NCBI GenBank assembly: GCA_019058275.1
Contig: JAHLVW010000066.1
Coordinates: forward strand, 128,001-192,000
Length of the DNA: 64,000 nt
Direction of reading: 5' to 3'
From: Candidatus Heimdallarchaeota archaeon
GTDB lineage: Archaea; Asgardarchaeota; Heimdallarchaeia; JABLTI01
Below are positions 1 through 8,317 of the stretch, piece by piece (position 1 is the stretch's first letter; each line of letters opens with the position of its first letter). The notes under the pieces are model-generated. The model was not told where the DNA came from, did no database searches, and saw only the letters and a list, made by a program, of their open reading frames with translations. The translations under genes were made by a program, and so were the position numbers.

Positions 1-142
1 AGAAGACTGGGACAATAACTTCGTTTTCAGCATCCCCTCGTAATAATAAAGATAAAATCCATCTACCTCTATCTGCAGCAAGTTGCAAATGATACATTGT
101 TCCTGGAATTTGAATATTAACTTTATCAATGCTATGCGACAT
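1..142 (-). CDS. Hypothetical protein, N-terminal part only (runs off the window edge)
   Basis: Manual translation from ATG at 142: MSHSIDKVNIQIPGTMYHLQLAADRGRWILSLLLRGDAENEVIVPVF..., open to position 1; not in the ORF track. Confidence 0.65.
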   Translation of the reverse strand, partial: MSHSIDKVNIQIPGTMYHLQLAADRGRWILSLLLRGDAENEVIVPVF

Positions 143-258
143 GGTTTAACCAATCCTTCAAAACTTCTTGATTTCTCATCAATAGTAACTTAAAAATGTA
201 TATAAGAATTGTTAAGTCGGTAAATAAAGCAAATAATAATAAAAAAAGAATTGAAGAA

Positions 259-1182
259 TTAGAGTTCTTCAATATAATTCTGGGCATATGTAGCAGTAAT
301 ACAACCATCACCAACAGCTGTTGCGATTTGTTTGATTCTACCACATACATCCCCTGCAGCGAAGACTCCTGGAATATTTGTTTCTAATGTTTCCATTTTC
401 GTCACAATGAAACCACGATCGTTTACTTCTACACCAAGTTGATTTGCTAGTAAAGTATTAGGAACGCTGCCTGATTCAATGAAGATTCCTTCAACCTTTA
501 CTTTTGTTTCTTCACCATCTTTCTTGTAGGTAAAGGAGGTAACGTATTCATCACCAGCAATTTCAGTAACTCTAGTTTTATAATGGATTTCGATATTTTC
601 CTTTGTCTTTAAACGACTTTCGTAAATCGCTTCTGCTCCTAGCTCTTTCTTTGTTACAATTAAATATACTTTAGTTGAAATGTTTGAAAGGTAGAGAGCT
701 GCTTTAGCAGCACCATCTCCATAACCTAAAACAGCTGTAGGTTTGTTTTGATAAAGTGCTCCATCGCAAACTGCACAATATGAAACACCTTTAGCATAGA
801 ACTCCTCTTCTCCTGGGATTCTCATTTTTCTATGTCTTGCTCCCATTGCTAAGATAACTGTTTTAGCTTTTACTGTTTCATTATCATCTGTTTTGACAAT
901 GAATTCTTTCTCTTTCTTCTCTATTTCAATTACATTATCGTAAACGATTTCAGCACCATTTGCTCTTGTCTGATTTTCCATTGCTTCCATCAGTTCTAAT
1001 CCTTGAACTCCTTCAGCAAATCCAGTATAATTTTCTATTAATCCTAGGTTTGCTACTTGAGATTCATAGGGATTACCAAAAACAATAGTTGACAAGCCTG
1101 CTCTTGCAGTATAAATTGCTGCTGTTAAGCCTGCTGGGCCTGCTCCAACTATTACTACTTGATATTCTTTTATTTCTGACAT
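259..1182 (-). CDS. trxB: Thioredoxin reductase (FAD/NAD(P)H disulfide reductase)
   Basis: GAGPAG FAD motif, GVSYCAVCDG redox CxxC, C-terminal TNIPGVFAAGD. Confidence 0.93.
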   Translation of the reverse strand: MSEIKEYQVVIVGAGPAGLTAAIYTARAGLSTIVFGNPYESQVANLGLIENYTGFAEGVQGLELMEAMENQTRANGAEIVYDNVIEIEKKEKEFIVKTDDNETVKAKTVILAMGARHRKMRIPGEEEFYAKGVSYCAVCDGALYQNKPTAVLGYGDGAAKAALYLSNISTKVYLIVTKKELGAEAIYESRLKTKENIEIHYKTRVTEIAGDEYVTSFTYKKDGEETKVKVEGIFIESGSVPNTLLANQLGVEVNDRGFIVTKMETLETNIPGVFAAGDVCGRIKQIATAVGDGCITATYAQNYIEEL

Positions 1183-1327
1183 TTCCCTTGCACCTGTTTT
1201 ATTTTTTTACAAATTAGTCATTTTTTTTGAGCAATATACTCGTAGAATTATATTAAATAATTGTGGTTAAGTAACCATGGTTTTATATAACAAAAATCTA
1301 AATGTATAAAGTTTGAGTGATTGGATT

Positions 1328-2941
1328 TTACTCAGTAAATACTTTAGTTATTTTACCGATTCCTTTAGTTCTTCCTTCTCTAAAGATTATTTGCTGACCT
1401 ACTTTTAGAAATTCAGGAGAATATAGAAATCGAAATTTAACTGTTGCGTTATCTCCAGTTCTTATCACTTCTTTATCCATTTCAACTAATTTAGCTGTTT
1501 GTCTTATAGGTCCACAATGAATAACAGCTTGATAATTAACATGGATAGTCGTAGAATGATAAAGGATAATGACTTCTGCTTCAAATTCCTTGATTGCTGT
1601 AGGCTGCAAATCATTATCTAATAGAACCATTCCTTTCCTGATTGAATCTCTTGGAATTCTCCTTAGAGCAAAAGTCGCTGTTTTACCTGCAACTACACGT
1701 CTCACAGGTAATCTTTTACTTTGAATACTTTTCACTTTTACTTCTTTAAACTCACCAAAATCATCTGGACCAAGAAGTAAAATATCATCTATTGTTACAG
1801 CACCGCTAATAAGTGTACCAGCAACTACTGTCCCAACACCCGTAACTGAAAATGTTTCATCTATGTGAAATTCTACTGGTTTATCAAAGAATTCTTCCCA
1901 ATTCCGATAAGCCGGAATTAAATTCAAAAATTTCCTTAATAAATCTAAGTTTTCACCTGTAACATTTGATACTAGAAATATTGGTGCTATTCTTCCAGAA
2001 ACTAGATTCTTAGCACTAACAATAACATCATCATCATTTCGAGCTATGATTGGTATTTTATTTGATCCTGGAATCTTCAATAATTTAGTTAGATTATCAA
2101 TTGTTTGTTTCAAAATGTGTTCAGGACAAATGTCTACTTTAGTAATAACAACAATGATTGGAACTTTTAAAGCTAAAGCAATTCCCAAATGCTCTTTGGT
2201 CATGCCAACAATACCCATATTAGCTCCAACAACAAGAAGAACATAGTCGGGTTTGTGTCCAGTCAAACCAAATAAAGTTGTTTTAAGATATTTTTCATGT
2301 CCACCTAAATCAATAAACGTCAATACTTTCGAGCTTTCTTCGATTATTCTGGTCCATGATTGATTGCCAATTTGATTATAATTAACAATCTCACCCTTGC
2401 TGTTAAATCCAAGTATTTGCTGACTAACACTTGATGTTCTGCCTGTTTCAACCTCATGTTTATGTCTGAAAACATTTACTCGAGCAAGTCCTCTACCATT
2501 ATCTAAATTCCCTCGAGTAAGAACACCAACCAATGTACTTTTTCCACTATCAACATTACCAGCAACAGCTATTCTAATCTCAAGGAAATCTTCCTCAGCT
2601 AATTTTCTTACAAGAACTTCAGCTATTTTCCCTTTTTCACCTTCTCTTTCTCTAAGCACTGTAACACTTGCATTTAGCTCTTTAGCCATTTTTTTGAGTG
2701 TTTTAATAGATGACTTTAATTCACGTTCAGTTAGTCCTTTGGGATAGCCATTATCTTCAATTCCTATTTCATAAATAGCTTCTCCCAAGCCTTCTTGCAG
2801 TCGGAATTTCATTTGAGTTACAAGATGTACAAATCTAGTTGCAGTCGGATCTATCAGTTTTAATTTGTACTCTATATTTCCTTCTTCGGATTCTTGATCC
2901 ATTTTGACTGCTTTATTATTCTTTTTTGAAGTCATACTCAA
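1328..2941 (-). CDS. GTPBP1/GTPBP2-family translational GTPase
   Basis: GNVDSGKST, RHKHEVETGRTSS, DLGGHEKYLKTT, TKVD; EF-Tu-like domains II/III; N-terminal EGNIEYKLKL domain. Confidence 0.93.
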   Translation of the reverse strand: MSMTSKKNNKAVKMDQESEEGNIEYKLKLIDPTATRFVHLVTQMKFRLQEGLGEAIYEIGIEDNGYPKGLTERELKSSIKTLKKMAKELNASVTVLREREGEKGKIAEVLVRKLAEEDFLEIRIAVAGNVDSGKSTLVGVLTRGNLDNGRGLARVNVFRHKHEVETGRTSSVSQQILGFNSKGEIVNYNQIGNQSWTRIIEESSKVLTFIDLGGHEKYLKTTLFGLTGHKPDYVLLVVGANMGIVGMTKEHLGIALALKVPIIVVITKVDICPEHILKQTIDNLTKLLKIPGSNKIPIIARNDDDVIVSAKNLVSGRIAPIFLVSNVTGENLDLLRKFLNLIPAYRNWEEFFDKPVEFHIDETFSVTGVGTVVAGTLISGAVTIDDILLLGPDDFGEFKEVKVKSIQSKRLPVRRVVAGKTATFALRRIPRDSIRKGMVLLDNDLQPTAIKEFEAEVIILYHSTTIHVNYQAVIHCGPIRQTAKLVEMDKEVIRTGDNATVKFRFLYSPEFLKVGQQIIFREGRTKGIGKITKVFTE

Positions 2942-3052
2942 TTACTCAAGTAATTTGCTGGTTTTATTATAACTATAATTGAAAATGAATTTAAGTTATA
3001 TTAATACTTACAATATTCTTTTGGGATGTAGAAGTGAAAAAGAAGGAATTCT

Positions 3053-4276
3053 CTAATCTTTAATGTTAATCTTCACATCTTGATTAGTTAATCTTCTAAC
3101 ATTTCTTTGTATTTCAGCAGCTAAACTGACTATATACTCATTTAATTCATTGAGTTTATCCTTTAAATCATTAATACTTCTTTCTTTTCTATACTTGCTT
3201 TTTTCAAACTCTTCCTGTTTAGCTTCAAATTTTTGAATCTGCTTTTTCAATCCTGACTCTTCAACTTTTACTTCAATTTCCTTTCTCTTCTCAACTAATT
3301 TCAAAAGATCTGCGTGAAGATCATTTATTGATCCATTAATTATTCCTTTGGACAGAGTTATTGTCTTATTTTTCATAGAAGTTTTTAATTTCAGCTTATC
3401 TGCTTTAGTTGCTTCAATCAAGATTTCTAATAAATCATTGAGTTTCACATGACCAACCGAGCTGCTGTCTAAAGCTTTCAAAGGATTTTCTCGAAGTAAA
3501 TAAGCTAGATCAATCAGGTTAGGGGGAACCATTACTTTGCCATCTTGTGCTCTCGAGGCTAGTTTTTTTAATGGTTTATCTAAACCACCTATAGCCAATC
3601 TAAATTTATTACTAATAATTTTTAGCTCTTTGTTTATCTCATCAAGCTCACGAAGTATAGTTCCAGTTTCAAGATTTTCAGTATTTTCATTTAAATCTGA
3701 AATTTGTTTTTCGATATCCTCTCCTTCTTTAGTTTCACCTTTTATCTGTTTTTTGAGAAGTTCTCGACCCTTTACTTTTTGAATAAGTAATGTTATACTT
3801 TCAGAGGTATCATCGACTTCTTTTAACAAGACAGTTTTACCTTCGAGGAAGTTCTTGAATTCTTGATAACTCTTTTGAATGCGTGTTAATGCTCTGTTTA
3901 AAATGAAAACTCTATTACGATATTTTTTCTTCAGATTAGGTATAAATCTTTGACCTACAGTCATAACCCTTTGAAGAAATTTCTCTAAATCTTTAACAAA
4001 GTCCTCTGCAGTCTTGTAAGTGATTCCTTTAGGGAAAGTAAACTCCTCAACCATTTCAGTCATTTTTTCGTAAATGTTTTGTGATGATCTTGATTCTGCA
4101 TCTATAGTATCGCTTACCTCAAAATCTATAGCAGATATCTTTAAATCTTTAAAATTAGCTTTAATAATCTCGATTCTTTTACTTATTTCTGCTCTAACCT
4201 TTTTCACACTATTTTCCGTTTCGTTTTCAAACCAGTCTCTCATCTTACTTAAGGAAATCACTTTAACTACCCACAA
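3053..4276 (-). CDS. Coiled-coil hypothetical protein
   Basis: 407-aa K/E-rich heptad ORF; true start may be a few codons downstream. Confidence 0.75.
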   Translation of the reverse strand: MWVVKVISLSKMRDWFENETENSVKKVRAEISKRIEIIKANFKDLKISAIDFEVSDTIDAESRSSQNIYEKMTEMVEEFTFPKGITYKTAEDFVKDLEKFLQRVMTVGQRFIPNLKKKYRNRVFILNRALTRIQKSYQEFKNFLEGKTVLLKEVDDTSESITLLIQKVKGRELLKKQIKGETKEGEDIEKQISDLNENTENLETGTILRELDEINKELKIISNKFRLAIGGLDKPLKKLASRAQDGKVMVPPNLIDLAYLLRENPLKALDSSSVGHVKLNDLLEILIEATKADKLKLKTSMKNKTITLSKGIINGSINDLHADLLKLVEKRKEIEVKVEESGLKKQIQKFEAKQEEFEKSKYRKERSINDLKDKLNELNEYIVSLAAEIQRNVRRLTNQDVKINIKD

Positions 4277-4535
4277 AACGTTTTTATCTGCTTTTTTCTT
4301 GAGGTTATTATATTACTATCACACTTTTTGCAATTTCTTTTTATTTATCTTTCTTTTTTCTCATCTATAATTATTACTGCATAGTTGATTTTTACTTTAG
4401 ATTATATAAAATGTTTCAATTGTATATTTAAAACATAGAAAAACTATTTAAGCTCATATATTCGCACAATAAAAGCTAGGATTACATTTAATTAATAGAA
4501 CTGATTTATGTTCTTTGGTATATCGTTCTCTATAG

Positions 4536-5432
4536 GTGATGTTTAGCGTGCCCACAAAACAAGTAAATAAAACAAATTTAAAGGAATCAGTTGATGCCAT
4601 TAAAAAGAAATTTGGAATTATTGGTAGAACAGGTGAACTTATGCGAGCGTTAGCTGCCAAAGCTGCTGGAAGACATATTTTACTTGAAGGTCCAGTAGGT
4701 GTTGGGAAAACTGAACTGGCTCATGCACTTGCAGCATATTTAAATACAGAGTTTGTTAGATTTGATGGAGACGAAAGATATCATCCTGACAAACTTGTAG
4801 GGCATTTTGATCCTCCAGTTGTACTGGAAAAGGGTTATTCATTTGATTCCTTCGTTTCAGGACCATTAATTAGAGCAATGAAAGAGGGAGCCATCCTATT
4901 TGCAAATGAGATAAATCGATGTCCAGAATCAACGCAGAATGTTTTACTATCAGCTATGGATGAGGGAATGATTGTTATTCCTAAATTAGGAGAAGTCACA
5001 GCAAAAACAGGTTTCTTTATTATTGCCACCCAAAATCCAGTAGAGTTCATTGCAACAACTCCTTTGGGGGAAGCAATTAAAGATCGATTTGTATGGATTA
5101 GACTTGAATATCAATCAGAAGCTGAAGAAAAGCAAATCGTTGCAGCAAAAATGAAAGATACTTCACAAGATATCATAGATTATTCTGTAGCAATAGTCCG
5201 TGAATCAAGGCTTTCTACAAAACTTAGAAGAGGAGCAAGTATTAGAGGTGCCATTGATCTTGCTTCTATAATTAATGAGTTTGAAGAACGTACACTTAAA
5301 ACATGGATTGATATTAGTATAATGGCACTAGCAACAAAGATTGAAATTGAAGATGGTGTAGAAGAAAAAATTGAAACTGTAATTGAGGAATTAGTCAGGA
5401 AAATGATTGGCAAGTTTTTTCGGGCCAAATGA
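4536..5432 (+). CDS. MoxR/CoxD-type AAA+ ATPase
   Basis: Walker A GPVGVGKT, Walker B variant FANEINR, ATQNP, DRF sensor. Confidence 0.9.
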   Translation: MMFSVPTKQVNKTNLKESVDAIKKKFGIIGRTGELMRALAAKAAGRHILLEGPVGVGKTELAHALAAYLNTEFVRFDGDERYHPDKLVGHFDPPVVLEKGYSFDSFVSGPLIRAMKEGAILFANEINRCPESTQNVLLSAMDEGMIVIPKLGEVTAKTGFFIIATQNPVEFIATTPLGEAIKDRFVWIRLEYQSEAEEKQIVAAKMKDTSQDIIDYSVAIVRESRLSTKLRRGASIRGAIDLASIINEFEERTLKTWIDISIMALATKIEIEDGVEEKIETVIEELVRKMIGKFFRAK

Positions 5433-5439
5433 AGTAGAA

Positions 5440-6498
5440 ATGCCTAGAACTCCTGGTAGGTTGCCACCTCAATTGGGTCGTATGACTCCAGAAAAATTAG
5501 TACAAGCAGAGATAGTTTCATGTACAAGATCGTCAAAAGATTATAATCAGATGACAAAAAATATGAGTTTTCCCCAGATCAAAAAAATGACTGAATTAGC
5601 TATTGAATATGACAATATTCCTGCATTAAAAGGCATAGCAAAAAGCAATCAATATGCTGTTGCTGAAGCCTTACAATCAAATGAGGGAGTTCGTATACTT
5701 GAACGAAGAGCTGCCAGAGGAGAGGGTAGTGCTCCTGAATTATTCTTTATGCTAAGAAGTAATTTTAATCCGCAGTATAAGAAAATCTATCGTAGATTAG
5801 CTAGAAAATCCGTTCTGAAATCATCGTATCGAGTGGTTGGTAGAGGATTAAAAGGAGAATTGCAAATTAAAAGAGAATACGAACCTGGTATGACTGATTT
5901 TGATATGGATTTGCTCATTGAGAAATATCTTGTTAATCGCTATATACAATATTCGGATATTGTGGCAATTGAAAGAAGGAGTAGAGAGAATATTGGTGTA
6001 TTAATGTTTGATACTTCAGGTTCTTTATATGGTGAGAAGTTTAGGAATGCTGCAATGGCTGTAGCAATTTTAGCTTATCATTTAGCAAAAGAAAAGTATG
6101 CAGTAATCCTATTTAATACAAAAGCTACTGTTATCAAGCTTATGGATGAAAAAATAAAGATTGATGATTTAATTGATAGAGTTCTTGAAAGTGAATCAGC
6201 TGGTTACACAAATTTGACTGATGCCCTTAAAGCGGGACTAAAAGAGCTAAGTAAAGAGAAACGTACAGAGAAATTTGGTGTTTTGATAACCGATGGTTGT
6301 TTCAACAGAGGAGATGATCCTAGACCATTTGCTAAAAACTATTTTAATTTACATGTTTTAGGTTTGCCAACAGAAAAAGAATGGGGAGAAGCTGTTTGTA
6401 GAGATTTAGCAAGGCTAGGCAAAGGACGTTTTATGGCAGTAAAAAGCATGAATCAAATACCCAGAATTCTTATGAGATTGTTAAGAAAAAAGAGTTAA
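5440..6498 (+). CDS. VWA-domain protein (CoxE-like MoxR partner)
   Basis: MIDAS DTSGS...GYTN...ITDG; frame open from 5407, first ATG at 5440. Confidence 0.88.
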   Translation: MPRTPGRLPPQLGRMTPEKLVQAEIVSCTRSSKDYNQMTKNMSFPQIKKMTELAIEYDNIPALKGIAKSNQYAVAEALQSNEGVRILERRAARGEGSAPELFFMLRSNFNPQYKKIYRRLARKSVLKSSYRVVGRGLKGELQIKREYEPGMTDFDMDLLIEKYLVNRYIQYSDIVAIERRSRENIGVLMFDTSGSLYGEKFRNAAMAVAILAYHLAKEKYAVILFNTKATVIKLMDEKIKIDDLIDRVLESESAGYTNLTDALKAGLKELSKEKRTEKFGVLITDGCFNRGDDPRPFAKNYFNLHVLGLPTEKEWGEAVCRDLARLGKGRFMAVKSMNQIPRILMRLLRKKS

Positions 6499-6582
6499 AA
6501 TGATTCAAGTTATTCGAAAACAGCATATCCACTATACTATCAAAAATAAGAATAAAAAATAAAGAAAACAAAGATTTAGGAA

Positions 6583-6888
6583 TCAAAGATTGAACATTTT
6601 AGAAAAATCTTCTTCCTTATCTTCTTCTTTTGGTTTCTTCTTACGAGCATAAGCTGCAATTAATTCTGGATGACATTCTTGGACATGTTCACGCCAATTT
6701 TTAACCATTCGACCACAATAGCCACAAATACTAAGGGCTTCTTTTTCCTCTCTCTTTTGAAGATATTCAGCATATTTAGGATGCTTTCTTCTCATATGCT
6801 CCTCGACATCATCAACTAAGCACTGACAAATTTTACAAAACTTAAGACCTTGTCTCTTGTTTTGTATAATAGACGATTTTGCACACAA
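6583..6888 (-). CDS. Small protein with two C2H2-type zinc fingers
   Basis: CKIC-x9-H-x4-H and CGYC-x9-H-x4-H; GAGG upstream of the TTG start. Confidence 0.75.
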   Translation of the reverse strand: MCAKSSIIQNKRQGLKFCKICQCLVDDVEEHMRRKHPKYAEYLQKREEKEALSICGYCGRMVKNWREHVQECHPELIAAYARKKKPKEEDKEEDFSKMFNL

Positions 6889-7337
6889 ATTGAAATCCTC
6901 GGCAGATATTTTGAGTAAATTTAAGAATTTAGAGAAGTAAATTAATTACAACTCTGTACACAAAAACAAAGCTGGTGTTATGCTTTAAAAATCTTACCCG
7001 TGTGTTAGCATTTTACAACCATGGTTGAAACTTTGTAACTTTTATCGAAGTTTTTATATCACTTTGATACTATTTTAGCACCCGTAATATCTAATTATTA
7101 CCTTTTTATTGGAAAAAATGTCACAAATCAAGTGATTTATTGAAAATTTTTGTGGCAATTTTTGTCAACTTCAAACAATTATTTCATTAAATAAGTAAAT
7201 TTTTGTCTAATCTGATTAATAATGTAACTTTTTTAGACTAGATAGTATAATCTGCAAAGAATTCCAAAAAGAAGGGAAAAAATTAAAATCAGAGGAAATC
7301 AAGGTATGACTGCTTATTTAGGAGCAAATTGTAACAC

Positions 7338-8246
7338 ATGACTATCAGAATAGCCTGGGGAATAACAGGCGCTGGATGTTGGTTGATAGAAAGTTTTGAA
7401 ATTTTGGGCAAGCTTCTTAAAAATACAAAAATTAGCTTAGATTTATTTTTTAGTGAAGCAGGTAGAGAAGTATCACAATTTTATGGTGTATTTAAATCTC
7501 CAGTGCCTTTGGAAACTCCTTTTGTAGATAAAGTACGAGAAATTCCTAATTTCAATCATGAAATTTTTGAAAAGGATTTTGTTAAGAAATTTCACTGGTT
7601 AGGAATAAATGAATCTCGAAAAATTATTGATTACTCTATTAGTAATGGACAAAAAACTACGAAAGAAGACGAATTTGATTATGATGAAGCATTTAATGAT
7701 GTAATTTTTGAGATTGATGAGGGGTCAAGCTTTCCAACTTCTGCAAGAGCAGCAAATAATTACTATGATTTTGTAGTTATAGGTCCTGCAACCGGAAATA
7801 CTGTAGCTAAGATTGCTAATGGCATAGCTGATAACTTACTTGCCAGTTTAGCTATCATGGGAAATAAAAGCTCAGATACACAAGTGATAGTCATTCCAAC
7901 TGATTTGAAGATTGGAGAATCAAAAAGCCATTTACCAATAATGCTTCACAGTGAGACTTGCAAAAAATGCTCTGAATGCTCTGCCCTATGGGCTTGCAAA
8001 CCAGGCGCAATAAGAAGAAAAAGAGGGAAGATACGAATCAATCGTTTGAAATGCATTGGATGTTTGGATTGCGTAAAATATTGTAGGCATGGAGTCATTA
8101 CATTTCTAGAGGAAATAACAGTTAATGTAAGAGATCGAGAAGAAAAAGCTGCAAAACAACTATCTGAACAAGAAGGATTCAAAGTATTTGAAACACCAAA
8201 TGAAGCCTATGAATATATCTGTAAAGCAATAAAGAAAATGAATTAA
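7338..8246 (+). CDS. dmrX: Archaeal flavoprotein with ferredoxin domain; dihydromethanopterin reductase (DmrX/MJ0208 family)
   Basis: RIAWGITGAG, PATGNTVAKIANGIAD, two 4Fe-4S motifs (CKKCSEC..C, CIGCLDC...C). Confidence 0.8.
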   Translation: MTIRIAWGITGAGCWLIESFEILGKLLKNTKISLDLFFSEAGREVSQFYGVFKSPVPLETPFVDKVREIPNFNHEIFEKDFVKKFHWLGINESRKIIDYSISNGQKTTKEDEFDYDEAFNDVIFEIDEGSSFPTSARAANNYYDFVVIGPATGNTVAKIANGIADNLLASLAIMGNKSSDTQVIVIPTDLKIGESKSHLPIMLHSETCKKCSECSALWACKPGAIRRKRGKIRINRLKCIGCLDCVKYCRHGVITFLEEITVNVRDREEKAAKQLSEQEGFKVFETPNEAYEYICKAIKKMN

Positions 8247-8317
8247 TTATCATCTTTTAATGCTTTTACTCTTAGGAATACCTAAAATTGAATCAGATGT
8301 AATTCAATATAGAGGTA

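Noticed and set aside
3053-4276. SMC/Rad50 ATPase or ESCRT-III protein
   Set aside because: No Walker motifs, hinge or hook, and no recognisable Snf7 pattern; only generic coiled-coil.
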